A DNA stretch of 52,937 bases from Phenylobacterium parvum. GTDB taxonomy: Bacteria; Pseudomonadota; Alphaproteobacteria; Caulobacterales; Caulobacteraceae. Within the stretch, counting starts at the first letter, position 1; the number at the start of each line of letters is the position of its first letter. The notes below the pieces were generated by a model. It was not told where the DNA came from. It saw only the letters and a list, made by a program, of their open reading frames with translations, and did no database searches. Shown piece after piece: positions 9,949 to 19,699 of this stretch. The position numbers and the translations under genes were made by a program. Where the stretch lies: the NCBI GenBank assembly GCA_029977805.1, contig JAPOKE010000001.1, positions 1 through 52,937 of the forward strand, in the 5' to 3' direction.

Positions 9949-10086
9949 CGGAGATTCTTTTCGGCTCCGGCGGATATTTTCGTTGACTCCGGGAAAGCCA
10001 AATTCCGCAAGGAAATGGCGTTTTCAAGATCCATTTCGGGACGTTTCAGAGTCGTGTCCCGCGGCCCGGACACCTGTCCCGAAACG

Positions 10087-10114
10087 AAAAAGCCCCGCCA
10101 GGGGCGGGGCTTTT
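10087..10114. terminator. Intrinsic terminator downstream of rpsT (potentially bidirectional)
   Basis: AAAAAGCCCCGC-CAGGG-GCGGGGCTTTT inverted repeat with A/T tracts on both sides. Confidence 0.8.
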
Positions 10115-10167
10115 CCTTAAAGAAAACAGCGTATTAATCCGGGGCGACCCGAAACGGGTCAAGGCGC

Positions 10168-10437
10168 TCAGGCCGCAGCGGCCTTCCGGAGACGGGCGGC
10201 CAGGCGGGAGACCTTGCGCGAGCCGGTGTTGTGGTGGACCACGCCCTTGGAGACCGCCCGCATCAGCTCGGACTCGGCCTGGACGAAAGCGGTCTTCGCC
10301 GCGGCGAGATCGCCAGAGGCGAGGGCCTCGTCGAACTTCCGCAGGAAGGTCCGGACCCGCGAACGGCGCGCCTTGTTGACTTCGGTGCGACGGGCGATCT
10401 TGCGGACCGCCTTCCGGGCGCCGGGATTGTTGGCCAT
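10168..10437 (-). CDS. rpsT: 30S ribosomal protein S20
   Basis: [30 protein letters not shown]...[16 protein letters not shown]. Confidence 0.98.
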   Translation of the reverse strand: MANNPGARKAVRKIARRTEVNKARRSRVRTFLRKFDEALASGDLAAAKTAFVQAESELMRAVSKGVVHHNTGSRKVSRLAARLRKAAAA

Positions 10438-10500
10438 GCTTCAGCTCTCAGACTGGTCGCCGGCGCCCCCTGGGGGACGGCGGCTGAAATTGGAGGCGCG

Positions 10501-10529
10501 GATATACGGTAAGGCGCCCCGGCGGTCAA
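10501..10529 (-). promoter_or_regulatory. Putative rpsT sigma70 promoter
   Basis: TTGACC (10529-10524), 17 bp, TATATC (10506-10501). Confidence 0.65.
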
Positions 10530-10553
10530 TGCGGCGCGGCGGCCACGGAAGGC

Positions 10554-11330
10554 TCAGCGGCCGCGGAAGTCGGGCTTCCGCTTCTCGATGAAGGCGGCCA
10601 TCCCTTCCTTCTGGTCCTCGAAGGCGAAGAGGGAGTGGAAGAGCCGCCGTTCCATGGCCACGCCGGCCGAGAGGGTGGTCTCATAGGCGGCGTCCACCAG
10701 CTCGGTGTTCATCATCACCGCAAGGGGCGACTGGGAGGCGATCTTGGCGGCCGCATCGAGGGCCTCCGCCATGAGCCGGTCGGCGGGAACGACCCGGGAG
10801 ACCAGGCCCGCGCGCTCGGCCTCGGCGGCGTCCATCATCCGGCCCGTCAGGATCATGTCCATGGCCTTCGACTTGCCCACCAGCCGGGTGAGCCTCTGGG
10901 TGCCGCCGATCCCCGGCATGACGCCGAGGTTGATCTCGGGCTGGCCGAACTTCGCCGTCTCGGAGGCGATGATGAAGTCGCACAGCATGGCGAGTTCGCA
11001 GCCGCCGCCCAGGGCGTAGCCGGAGACAGCGGCGATGATCGGCTTGCGACAGGCCTCGATCCGCCGCGCCGCCGGCCCGAAGAAGTCGGCCATGAACATG
11101 TCGGCGTAGGACTTGTCGGACATCTCCTTGATGTCGGCGCCGGCGGCGAAGGCGCGATCCGACCCGGTCAGGACCAGGCAGCGGACCCCGTCATCGGCCT
11201 CGGCGGCGTCCAGCGCCCGGCCGAGCTCCTCCAGCAACTGGCTGTTGAGGGCGTTGAGCGCCTCGGGACGGTTCAACCGGATCAGCGCCACGGCGCCGTG
11301 GGCTTCGACGATCAGGGTTTCGTAGGCCAT
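10554..11330 (-). CDS. Enoyl-CoA hydratase
   Basis: [51 protein letters not shown]. Confidence 0.95.
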   Translation of the reverse strand: MAYETLIVEAHGAVALIRLNRPEALNALNSQLLEELGRALDAAEADDGVRCLVLTGSDRAFAAGADIKEMSDKSYADMFMADFFGPAARRIEACRKPIIAAVSGYALGGGCELAMLCDFIIASETAKFGQPEINLGVMPGIGGTQRLTRLVGKSKAMDMILTGRMMDAAEAERAGLVSRVVPADRLMAEALDAAAKIASQSPLAVMMNTELVDAAYETTLSAGVAMERRLFHSLFAFEDQKEGMAAFIEKRKPDFRGR

Positions 11331-11394
11331 GGGGATCTCCGGCGTCGGGTCCCTGTCGCTTTAGGCGGCGGGGACGAAAAGGCCAAGGGGCCCC

Positions 11395-12249
11395 TCACCT
11401 CTGGCAGGCGGGGCACCAGAAGGTGGACCGGCCGGCCTGAACCCGCCGGCGGATCACCCCGCCGCAGCCGGCGTTGACGCAGGCCTCGCCCTCGCGGTCA
11501 TAGGCCCGGAAGCTGTGCTGGAAATAGCCCAGGGCGCCATCGGCGGCGGAGAAGTCCCTGAGGGTGGAGCCGCCGGCCGCGATGGCCCGCTCCAGGACCG
11601 CCTTCACCGTGCGGGCCAGGCCGTCGAGACGCGGTCGCGAGATGCGGCCAGCCGGACGGAAGGGGGAGATCCTCGCCTCGTGCAGGGCCTCGCAGACATA
11701 GATGTTGCCAAGCCCCGCCACCGTCCTCTGGTCGAGCAGCAGGGTCTTCGGGCTCTGGCGGCGCCCCTCGAAGGCCGCCTCCAGGCGCCCGCCCCCGAAG
11801 GCGTCAGACAGGGGTTCCGGGCCCATGCCCGCGAACCAGGGATGCCGGTCGAGGTCCGCCGTGGGCGCCAGGCCCATGAATCCGAACCGCCTGGGGTCAT
11901 GGTAGACGATGCGCCCGCCGTCCTCGGTCTCGAAGACCACGTGGTCATGCCGCGGGTTGTCCCCGACGGGATGGTGGAACTGGCCGGGCGCCCGGGCCCC
12001 CTCGATCCGGAACCGGCCGCTCATGCCGAGGTGGGCGATCAGGGTCTCGCCGCGGTCGAGGTCGGCCAGGAGATACTTGGCCCGGCGCCTCAGGGCCATG
12101 ACCCGGGCCCCCGACACCCGCTGGACGAAACCCTCTGGGAAGGGAAACCGCAGGTCGGGTCGCCGGGCCTCGACCCGGGCCAGGCGACGGCCCTCCAGGA
12201 CGGGGGCCAGGCCCCGGCGGACGGTCTCGACTTCGGGAAGCTCGGGCAT
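11395..12249 (-). CDS. mutM: Formamidopyrimidine-DNA glycosylase (Fpg)
   Basis: N-terminal MPELPEVET, HLGMSG, DPRRFG, GLGNIYVCEAL, C-terminal zinc finger RSTFWCPACQ. Confidence 0.97.
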   Translation of the reverse strand: MPELPEVETVRRGLAPVLEGRRLARVEARRPDLRFPFPEGFVQRVSGARVMALRRRAKYLLADLDRGETLIAHLGMSGRFRIEGARAPGQFHHPVGDNPRHDHVVFETEDGGRIVYHDPRRFGFMGLAPTADLDRHPWFAGMGPEPLSDAFGGGRLEAAFEGRRQSPKTLLLDQRTVAGLGNIYVCEALHEARISPFRPAGRISRPRLDGLARTVKAVLERAIAAGGSTLRDFSAADGALGYFQHSFRAYDREGEACVNAGCGGVIRRRVQAGRSTFWCPACQR

Positions 12250-12359
12250 GGGCATGGCCTCGCATGGCCCGGCGCCGAGGGCAACCGGCAGGCGGGGCCT
12301 AGCCCGGGAATCGCGTGAAGCGGCTTTCCCGCAGGCCCCCATCGTTCTAAGAGCCCGGC

Positions 12360-13109
12360 ATGAGCGCGACCTTCGGATTTCGGGACGTCGATCCCCGGGA
12401 GAAGCCCGGCCTCGTGCGCGGGGTCTTCGACCGCGTGGCCAGCCGCTACGACCTGATGAACGACGTCATGAGCGCGGGGGTCCACCGGCTCTGGAAGGAC
12501 GCGGCCGCGGCGCGGCTGAATCCCCAGCCCGGCGAGACCATCATCGACTGCGCCGGCGGGACGGGCGACATGGCCCGGCGCTTCGCGGACCTGGCCCGGC
12601 GGGCGCGGGAGCGGCGGGGCGGCGAGGACGCCCGGATCCTGGTCGTCGACTACAACGCCGAGATGATCGCCGCCGGTCGGGACCGGGGGCTGGAGCCGGA
12701 GATCGACTGGGCCGTCGGCGACGCCCAGCGCCTGCCCCTGCCGGACGCCTGCGCCGACGCCTATGTCATCAGCTTCGGCATCCGCAACGTCACCGACATC
12801 CCCGCCGCCCTGCGGGAGGCGCGGCGCGTCCTGAAGCCGGGCGGCCGCTTCCTCTGCCTGGAGTTCTCCAGGCCCCCGGCGCCGGCCCTGGCGCGGCTCT
12901 ACGACGCCTATTCCTTCCGGGTCATCCCCTTCATGGGCGAGAAGATCGCCGGCGACCGGGACTCCTACCAGTACCTGGTCGAGAGCATCCGGCGCTTCCC
13001 GGACCAGAAGACCTTCCAGGCCATGATCGAGGCCGCAGGCTTCGGCCGGGCCGGCTACACCAACTTCACCGGCGGGGTCGCGGCCCTGCACCACGGCTGG
13101 GCGGTCTGA
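12360..13109 (+). CDS. ubiE: Ubiquinone/menaquinone C-methyltransferase
   Basis: [45 protein letters not shown]. Confidence 0.96.
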   Translation: MSATFGFRDVDPREKPGLVRGVFDRVASRYDLMNDVMSAGVHRLWKDAAAARLNPQPGETIIDCAGGTGDMARRFADLARRARERRGGEDARILVVDYNAEMIAAGRDRGLEPEIDWAVGDAQRLPLPDACADAYVISFGIRNVTDIPAALREARRVLKPGGRFLCLEFSRPPAPALARLYDAYSFRVIPFMGEKIAGDRDSYQYLVESIRRFPDQKTFQAMIEAAGFGRAGYTNFTGGVAALHHGWAV

Positions 13110-13111
13110 GG

Positions 13112-14614
13112 GTGCTCCAGGGCCTTTCGGCGGCGGCGAGGCTGGCGGGGGCGGGCTGGCGCCTGGCCCGGGCCGACGCCCTCCTGCCCCGGGAGCTCCG
13201 CCCCCTCTATCCCCCGGGCCTGGAACGGCTCTCGAGGCTGTCCGGGGTGCTGGCGGGTCCCGCCGCCCGCCGCGGCCGCCCCGGCGAGCGGCTGGCGCGC
13301 TGCCTCGAGGGCATGGGCCCGGTGGCGATCAAGCTGGGCCAGCTCCTCTCGACCCGGGCCGACATCTTCGGGACGGAGTTCGCCCTCGACCTGGCCCGCC
13401 TGAAGGACCGGCTGGACCCCTTCCCGACGGAGGTCGCGCGGCGGGAGATCGCCGCCAGCCTGGGCCGCCCCGTCGAGGCCCTCTTCGCCGACCTCGGGGC
13501 GCCGGTGGCGGCGGCCTCCCTCGCCCAGGCCCACGAGGCGCGGCTGGCCGACGGCCGCCGGGTGGCGGTGAAGGTCCTGCGGCCGGGCATCGAGCGGCAG
13601 GTCGAGGCCGACGCCCGGGTGATGGGGCTTGCGGCGGGACTCGCCGAGCGCTTCGCCCCCGATGCGAAGCGGCTGGAGCCCCGCACCCTCGCGGCCTCGG
13701 TCATCGAGTCCGTCCGGCGGGAGCTGGACCTGCGGCTCGAGGCGGCGGGCGCGGACGAACTGGGCGCCGTGATGGCGCGGGACGGCTACATGTCGGCGCC
13801 GGCGGTGGTCTGGGAAGGGGTGGGGAGACGCGTCCTGACCCTGGAATGGGCCCGGGGCGTCCCCCTGTCGGACCCGGCCAGCCTGGAGGCGCCGGGGATT
13901 GACCGGCAGGCCCTGGCGACGGGCCTGATCCGGGCCTTCCTGGCCCAGGCCCTGGACCACGGCGTCTTCCACGCCGACCTCCACGAGGGCAACCTCTTCG
14001 TCTCGGCGCCGGACCGGATCGAGGCCGTCGACTTCGGCATTGTCGGCCGGCTGGGGCCGGACGAGCGGCGGTACCTGGCGGAGATCCTCTGGGGCTTCCT
14101 GCAGCGCGACTACGAGCGGGTGGCGCGGGTCCACTTCGAGGCCGGGTACGTGCCGGCCCGGCACGCCGTCGGCGACTTCGCCCAGGCCCTGCGCGCCGTG
14201 GGCGAGCCGATCTTCGGCCGAACGGCCCGGGACGTCCCCATGAGCCGGGTCCTGATCCAGCTCTTCGAGATCACCGGCCAGTTCGACATGCACCTGCGCC
14301 CGGAACTCGTCCTGCTGCAGAAGACCATGATGACCGCCGAGGGCGTGGCCCGGTCGATCTGGCCGGACCTCGACATCTGGACGGCGGCCGACCCGGTGGT
14401 CCGCCGGTGGATGACCCGGGAGCTCTCGCCCGCCGCCCGGCTGGGCCGGCTGGGCGAGCAGGCCGGACGCGTCCTGTCCCGCCTGTCGGCCCTGGCGGAG
14501 ACGCCGCCGGCGCCCCCGCCGGCGGCGCGGGGCCCCTCTCCCGCCGTCCTCCTGGCCGCCGGGGCGCTTGTGGCGGCCCTGGCGGCCCTGGCGGTCTCGC
14601 TCTCAGCCCTCTGA
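13112..14614 (+). CDS. ubiB: Ubiquinone biosynthesis ABC1 kinase-like protein
   Basis: GTG 13112 just after ubiE; IKLGQLLSTRAD, AASLAQAH, VAVKVLRP, FHADLHEGN, DFGIVG, LVLLQKT. Confidence 0.93.
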   Translation: MLQGLSAAARLAGAGWRLARADALLPRELRPLYPPGLERLSRLSGVLAGPAARRGRPGERLARCLEGMGPVAIKLGQLLSTRADIFGTEFALDLARLKDRLDPFPTEVARREIAASLGRPVEALFADLGAPVAAASLAQAHEARLADGRRVAVKVLRPGIERQVEADARVMGLAAGLAERFAPDAKRLEPRTLAASVIESVRRELDLRLEAAGADELGAVMARDGYMSAPAVVWEGVGRRVLTLEWARGVPLSDPASLEAPGIDRQALATGLIRAFLAQALDHGVFHADLHEGNLFVSAPDRIEAVDFGIVGRLGPDERRYLAEILWGFLQRDYERVARVHFEAGYVPARHAVGDFAQALRAVGEPIFGRTARDVPMSRVLIQLFEITGQFDMHLRPELVLLQKTMMTAEGVARSIWPDLDIWTAADPVVRRWMTRELSPAARLGRLGEQAGRVLSRLSALAETPPAPPPAARGPSPAVLLAAGALVAALAALAVSLSAL

Positions 14615-15196
14615 GGGCCTGGCGGAGCCGGCCCGGGCGGTGCGGCCCTGGCTTTCGCGCGCCTTCTGCTCCGCCCAGTAGGCGGCGCCCTCGTCGGGAT
14701 GGAAGAAGGCGCGGGGCGCGCCGTCACGGCTGGCCACCGCAAAGGGGTTTGAGGCCGGATGATAGAGCAGGACATCGCCATTGCGGCGGGTCAGGCGCTG
14801 GGCGCCCGCCGGCGGGGCGTCGATGAAGGCCCGCGCCTTGCGGACATAGGCCTCCAGGCTCGGCGCACCGAAGCTGTCCCCGTTCCGGGCGAAGGCCCGG
14901 CGGGCGTTTTCCTCGGCGGAGCCGCGGCGGCTCGAGGTCCAGAGGGGACGGCCGTCAAGCAGGGGGGCGGGCGCGGAGGCCCGTTCCGAGCGGGCCGCGG
15001 ACCGCTCGGCATAGGCGGCCGGATCCCCGGCGTCCGGGGCGGCCGGAACCCCGGGAGCGTAGGCCGGGGGCGGGGCGGCGGCGAGGGCGTCGCCGGACCG
15101 GACGGCGGAAGGGCGCTCGCAGCCGGAGAGGCTTGCGGCGAGGCTGAGGACCCCCAGCGCTGCGAGGGCGGGGGTGCGGACGGACCGAAGGGTCAT
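14603..15196 (-). CDS. Lipoprotein with a C-terminal polymorphic-toxin/pyocin-like domain
   Basis: GGGAG RBS; lipobox LSGC; Ala/Pro linker; C-terminal W..ENA..F..G..Y...A..F...PP...R.NGD.L.Y....N.F.V....GAPR.FF.P...YW pattern. Family assignment is from recall, not a search. Confidence 0.7.
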   Translation of the reverse strand: MTLRSVRTPALAALGVLSLAASLSGCERPSAVRSGDALAAAPPPAYAPGVPAAPDAGDPAAYAERSAARSERASAPAPLLDGRPLWTSSRRGSAEENARRAFARNGDSFGAPSLEAYVRKARAFIDAPPAGAQRLTRRNGDVLLYHPASNPFAVASRDGAPRAFFHPDEGAAYWAEQKARESQGRTARAGSARPSEG

Positions 15197-15226
15197 GGTG
15201 GTCTCCCTATGCGCCCGCCCAGGCCG

Positions 15227-15241
15227 GAACAGAATAGGAAC
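15227..15241 (-). promoter_or_regulatory. Alphaproteobacterial LexA (SOS) box
   Basis: GAAC-AGAATAG-GAAC, i.e. GTTC-N7-GTTC on the minus strand, overlapping a TATTCT -10 element 30 bp upstream of the 15196 start. Confidence 0.75.
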
Positions 15242-15313
15242 ATCGCATCCGGTTTGTCGAGTCCCGTCGTTATGGCGTAAGAGGCGGGGCGTTGACGGAG
15301 GCTGCCGGGACCC

Positions 15314-16522
15314 ATGTCGGACAGACGGGTGCTATTGATCGTGGGCGGCGGAATTGCGGCCTACAAGTGTCTGGAGCTTGTCCGCCTGCTGCGCGGGCGG
15401 GGGATCGCCGTGCGGCCGGTCCTGACCGAGGCCGGTGCGAAGTTCGTCACGCCCCTGTCCCTCGCCGCCCTCTGCGAGGACAAGGTCCACACCGACCTCT
15501 TCTCCCTGACCGATGAGGCCGAGATGGGCCACATCCGCCTGTCCCGGTCGGCGGACCTGGTCGTCGTGGCGCCCGCGACCGCGGACCTCATGGCCCGGGC
15601 GGCCGCCGGCCTGGCCAACGACCTGGCGACCACCCTCCTGCTGGCCACCGACACGCCGGTGATGATGGTCCCGGCCATGAACGTGCGCATGTGGACCCAT
15701 CCGGCGACCCAGAGGAACCTTGCGGCCCTGCAGGCGGACGGGGTGCGCTTCGTCGGACCGGAGGTCGGCGACATGGCCTGCGGCGAGACCGGGCCAGGCC
15801 GCATGGCCGAGCCCGCCGCGATCTGCGCCGCCATCCTCGACGCCCTCGGGGCGGACGCCGCCCGGCCCCTGGCGGGCCGCCGCGCCCTCGTCACGGCGGG
15901 CCCGACCGCCGAGCCCGTCGACCCCGTCCGTGTCCTGACGAACCGCTCCAGCGGCAAGCAGGGCTTCGCCATCGCCGGGGCGCTCGCCGCCCTGGGCGCC
16001 GAGGTGACCCTGGTGGCCGGGCCGGTCGCCGAGCCGACGCCGCCGGGCGTGCGCCGGGTGGACGTCGAGACCGCGCGGGAGATGCTGGCGGCGTGCGAGG
16101 CCGCCCTGCCCGCCGACGTCGCCGTCTGCGTGGCCGCCGTCGCCGACTGGCGCCCCGCCGAGGTCGCCGCAGGCAAGACCAAGAAGACCCCCGGGGCCCC
16201 GCCGCCGGAGATCCGCCTGGTGGAGAACCCCGACATCCTGGCTACCCTGTCCCGCGCCGCAGCCCGGCCCCGGCTGGTGGTGGGCTTCGCCGCCGAGACC
16301 GAGACGGTGGAGGATCACGCCCGGGCCAAGCTCGCCCGCAAGGGCTGCGACTGGATCGTCGCCAACGACGTCTCCCGGCCCGGCGTGATGGGCGGAAGCG
16401 ACAACACGGTCTCCATCGTCACCCGTGAAGGGGTGGAGCGCTGGGAGGAGGCCCCCAAGGCCGAGGTGGCCCGGCGGCTGGCGGCGCGGATCGCCGCGAC
16501 CCTGGGAGGCGAGACCCCATGA
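15314..16522 (+). CDS. coaBC: Bifunctional phosphopantothenoylcysteine decarboxylase / phosphopantothenate-cysteine ligase
   Basis: [66 protein letters not shown]. Confidence 0.97.
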   Translation: MSDRRVLLIVGGGIAAYKCLELVRLLRGRGIAVRPVLTEAGAKFVTPLSLAALCEDKVHTDLFSLTDEAEMGHIRLSRSADLVVVAPATADLMARAAAGLANDLATTLLLATDTPVMMVPAMNVRMWTHPATQRNLAALQADGVRFVGPEVGDMACGETGPGRMAEPAAICAAILDALGADAARPLAGRRALVTAGPTAEPVDPVRVLTNRSSGKQGFAIAGALAALGAEVTLVAGPVAEPTPPGVRRVDVETAREMLAACEAALPADVAVCVAAVADWRPAEVAAGKTKKTPGAPPPEIRLVENPDILATLSRAAARPRLVVGFAAETETVEDHARAKLARKGCDWIVANDVSRPGVMGGSDNTVSIVTREGVERWEEAPKAEVARRLAARIAATLGGETP

Positions 16523-16974
16523 AGCCCGTCGTCGACGTCGTGCGCCTGGCGCACAACCCGGACCTGCCCCTGCCCGCCTACGAGACCGCCGGGGCGGCGG
16601 GCATGGACCTGCGCGCCGCGGTCCCGGAGGACGCGCCCCTGGTGCTTCGTCCCGGCGCCCGGACGGCGGTCCCCACCGGCCTGGCCTTCGCCCTGCCCGA
16701 CGGCTTCGAGGCCCAGGTCCGCCCGCGCTCGGGCCTGGCCCTGAAGTCCGGCGTGACCGTCGCCAACGCCCCCGGCACCATCGACCAGGACTATCGCGGC
16801 GAGCTGAAGGTGCTGCTGGTCAACCTCGGCGAGGAAGACTTCGTCATCCGGCGCGGCGACAGGGTCGCCCAGCTGGTGATCGCCCCCGTCGTCCAGGCCG
16901 CCTGGCGGGAGGTCGACGGCCTTGACGCCACGGACCGCGGCGCCGGCGGCTTCGGATCCACAGGCGGGCGCTGA
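16519..16974 (+). CDS. dut: dUTP diphosphatase
   Basis: [44 protein letters not shown]; ATGA overlap with coaBC. Confidence 0.98.
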   Translation: MKPVVDVVRLAHNPDLPLPAYETAGAAGMDLRAAVPEDAPLVLRPGARTAVPTGLAFALPDGFEAQVRPRSGLALKSGVTVANAPGTIDQDYRGELKVLLVNLGEEDFVIRRGDRVAQLVIAPVVQAAWREVDGLDATDRGAGGFGSTGGR

Positions 16975-17000
16975 CCCGCACCCCAGAACGGAGAGACCCC

Positions 17001-17588
17001 ATGGAGCTGATCCTGGTCCGCCACGGACGCCCCGCCCGGATGGAGACCACCTCCGACCCCCATCTCAACGAGGTCGGGCTCGACCAGGCGCGCCGGGCCG
17101 CCGCCTGGCTGGCCCTGGAGCCCATCGACGCCACCTGGTCCTCGACCATGCTGCGGGCCGTCCAGACCGCGGAGGCCTTCGCCGGCCTCGTGGGGCATGA
17201 AGTCCAGAAGCATCCGGGCATCGTCGAGTTCGACCGCAACTCGGGCGTCTACATCCCCACCGAGGAGCTCAAGAAGGAGAACTTCGCGGCCTGGCAGGCC
17301 ATGGCCACCGGCGGCCACGGCGTCGACATGGCCGAGTTCCAGAAGATGGTGGTCGACGGCATGGAGGAGATCATCGCGGCCCACCCCGGGGGCAAGGTGG
17401 CGGTCTTCTGCCACGGCGGCGTGATCAACGTCTGGGCGGCGCATGTCCTGGGCATGGAGCCCCGGGTCTTCTTCGAGGCGGACTACACCAGCATCAACCG
17501 GTTCCTGGCGGCGCGCAGCGGCCAGAGGGCGGTGGTCAGCCTGAACGAGCGCGCCCACCTGCTGGACGACGTCCGCCGGCCCGCTTGA
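17001..17588 (+). CDS. Histidine phosphatase family protein
   Basis: LILVRHG, SSTMLRAVQTA, VFCHGGVIN, LNERAHL; GGAG RBS. Confidence 0.9.
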   Translation: MELILVRHGRPARMETTSDPHLNEVGLDQARRAAAWLALEPIDATWSSTMLRAVQTAEAFAGLVGHEVQKHPGIVEFDRNSGVYIPTEELKKENFAAWQAMATGGHGVDMAEFQKMVVDGMEEIIAAHPGGKVAVFCHGGVINVWAAHVLGMEPRVFFEADYTSINRFLAARSGQRAVVSLNERAHLLDDVRRPA

Positions 17589-17627
17589 CAGGCTGCGGCG
17601 GCGGGCCGAGCCTCTTTCCAGACGGAA

Positions 17628-17643
17628 TGTAGCGGATGCTACA
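17628..17643. promoter_or_regulatory. Palindrome, possible transcription-factor operator
   Basis: TGTAGC-GGAT-GCTACA directly before the GGGAGG RBS of the 17650 gene. Confidence 0.35.
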
Positions 17644-17649
17644 GGGAGG

Positions 17650-18756
17650 ATGCCCGTGCCGGACCTCGACTTTCCCCGCGCCATCGACGCCATCAGCGCG
17701 GACTGGCTGACCCGGCGACTCCAGGCCTCCGGCGCCCTGCCGGCGGGCGGGCGGGTGACGGCCATCGCAGCCGAGCCCCTCGGCCAGGGGGTGGGCTTCG
17801 TCAGCGCCATGCAGCGCCTGAGGCCCGTCTATGCCGGCGACGCCGCCGGCGCACCGGCCAGCCTGATCGCCAAGGTCTCGCCGGTCGACCCCTCCTCCCG
17901 CCAGGTGGGCGAGATCTTCCGCTTCTACCAGAAGGAGACGGGCTTCTACGGCCAGCTGGCCGGGCGGACGCCGGTGCGCACGGCGCGGGCCTACGGCGTC
18001 GACTATGACCCGGCGACCATGGATTTCGTCCTCCTGCTCGAGGACCTGAGCCCCGCCCGGCTGGGCGACCAGGTGGAGGGGCTGTCGTCCCGGGACGCCC
18101 AGGCGGCCATCGACGTGGCGGCGCGGCTGCACGGCGCCTGGTGGCGGTCTCCCGAGCTCCCGCAGATGGACTGGCTCCTGGCGCTCAACTCGGCGGAGAT
18201 GAAGGCCCTCGAGCCCGTCTACCAGCAGTGCTGGCCGGCCGTGGTCGACTTCATCGGGGACTCCATGAGCCCCTACATGCGCCGGGCCGGGGAGGCCCTG
18301 GCCACCCGGGTCGCCGCCCTGATGGACCGGGCCTGCGAGCAGCCCCAGACCCTGATGCATGGCGACTTCCGGGCCGACAACATGATGTTCGAGGCGGGCG
18401 TCGACGCCGATCCCTTCGCCCTGGTGGACTGGCAGATCGTCATGAAGGGGCCGGGGGCCTTCGACCTCGCCTACATGCTGTCGGGCAGCGTGACCGTGGA
18501 CGACCGGCGCGCCTGGCAGGAGGACCTGGTCGCCCGGCACCACGCCGGCCTGGTCGCCGCCGGGGTGGAGGGCTATTCGGCGGCCCAGGCCCGGGACGAC
18601 TTCCGGGTCTGCGGCGCCCTGGCCTGGTGCTGGCCGGTGGTCGCCATCGGGTCGCTGGACTTCGACAACCCCCGGGGCCTGGTCCTGTTCCGGGCCTGGG
18701 CCGAGCGGTCCATGGCCCTGCTGGAGGACCTCGACGGCGCCGCCGTCATCGGCTGA
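17650..18756 (+). CDS. APH/ecdysteroid-kinase-like phosphotransferase
   Basis: SLIAK, ETGFY, LLLEDL, LMHGDFRADNMMF, LVDWQ, FDLAY. Confidence 0.88.
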   Translation: MPVPDLDFPRAIDAISADWLTRRLQASGALPAGGRVTAIAAEPLGQGVGFVSAMQRLRPVYAGDAAGAPASLIAKVSPVDPSSRQVGEIFRFYQKETGFYGQLAGRTPVRTARAYGVDYDPATMDFVLLLEDLSPARLGDQVEGLSSRDAQAAIDVAARLHGAWWRSPELPQMDWLLALNSAEMKALEPVYQQCWPAVVDFIGDSMSPYMRRAGEALATRVAALMDRACEQPQTLMHGDFRADNMMFEAGVDADPFALVDWQIVMKGPGAFDLAYMLSGSVTVDDRRAWQEDLVARHHAGLVAAGVEGYSAAQARDDFRVCGALAWCWPVVAIGSLDFDNPRGLVLFRAWAERSMALLEDLDGAAVIG

Positions 18757-18762
18757 GCGGCC

Positions 18763-19536
18763 TCAGTCCCGGAAGCCGAGGACGTTGCGCATGTCGTAGG
18801 CGCCGGGTTCCCGGGCCGCGACCCAGCGGGCCGCCGCCAGGGCGCCGCGGGCGAACAGGCCCCGGTCCCGGGCCGAGTGGCTGAGGGTCAGGATCTCGTC
18901 CTCCCCGGCGAAGATCACCGAGTGCTCGCCGACCACCCCGCCGCCGCGGACCACGGAGAAGCCGATGGCCCCCTCGGGCCGGGCGCCGGTGACGCCGTCC
19001 CGGGCGCGGATCGAGGCCCGGCCGAGGTCGAGGCCCCGGCCGCGGGCGGCGGCCTCGCCCAGCATGAGGGCGGTGCCGGAGGGCGCATCCACCTTGCGGC
19101 GGTGGTGGGCCTCGAAGATCTCGATGTCGAAGTCGGCCGGCGCGAGGGCGGCCGAGGCCAGCTCGACCAGCCCCATGAGCATGTTGACGCCCAGGGAGAA
19201 GTTGCCGGCCCGGACGATGGGAACGCGCAGGGCCGCCTCGGCGAGGGCGTCGATCTCGCCCGCCGAGAAGCCGGTGGACCCGATGACCAGGGCCGGGCCG
19301 CCCAGGGCCGCCGCCTCGCCGGCGAGGGCGACGGAGGCCGCCGGCGTCGAGAAGTCCACGACCACATCCGCCCCTTCGAGGGCCGAGGCGCGGTCCGTCA
19401 GGGCGGGGTCATCCGCGTCAGGACGGTCAAAGCGGCCGGCCAGGACGAGGTCCGGCGCCGCCTCCACCGCCTCGGCCACGGCCAGGCCCATGCGCCCGAG
19501 GGCGCCGGCGACGGCGATGCGGATCGGCTGGGTCAC
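18763..19536 (-). CDS. dapB: 4-hydroxy-tetrahydrodipicolinate reductase
   Basis: GTG start; [49 protein letters not shown]. Confidence 0.96.
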   Translation of the reverse strand: MTQPIRIAVAGALGRMGLAVAEAVEAAPDLVLAGRFDRPDADDPALTDRASALEGADVVVDFSTPAASVALAGEAAALGGPALVIGSTGFSAGEIDALAEAALRVPIVRAGNFSLGVNMLMGLVELASAALAPADFDIEIFEAHHRRKVDAPSGTALMLGEAAARGRGLDLGRASIRARDGVTGARPEGAIGFSVVRGGGVVGEHSVIFAGEDEILTLSHSARDRGLFARGALAAARWVAAREPGAYDMRNVLGFRD

Positions 19537-19699
19537 GGGGCGGCCTCCGGGGGCTGGCGGGGCCCCCTTGTCCCGCGGCCGGGTCCCGGCGGTCAATGCC
19601 CCATGGGCCCTGCGAGGTTGTCCCGCCCGCAGGCGGCCTGTAGGTTGCCCGCCTTTCCGGGGCCCGTACGGCCTCCACCCCCAAGGAACCGCCGTCCCG

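Noticed and set aside
10117-10137. Two TTAA half-sites as a CtrA box
   Set aside because: Spacing is 13 nt, not the 7 nt of TTAA-N7-TTAA.
9764-10167. Replication origin next to dnaA
   Set aside because: No TTATCCACA-like box cluster or extended AT-rich unwinding element seen. The region is explained by the dnaA promoter/leader and the rpsT terminator. In Caulobacter the origin lies by hemE, which is not in this window.
17650-18756. Aminoglycoside resistance kinase
   Set aside because: Only the general APH/choline-kinase fold motifs are present; the length and N-terminus fit the EcKL-like group, and there is no mobile context.
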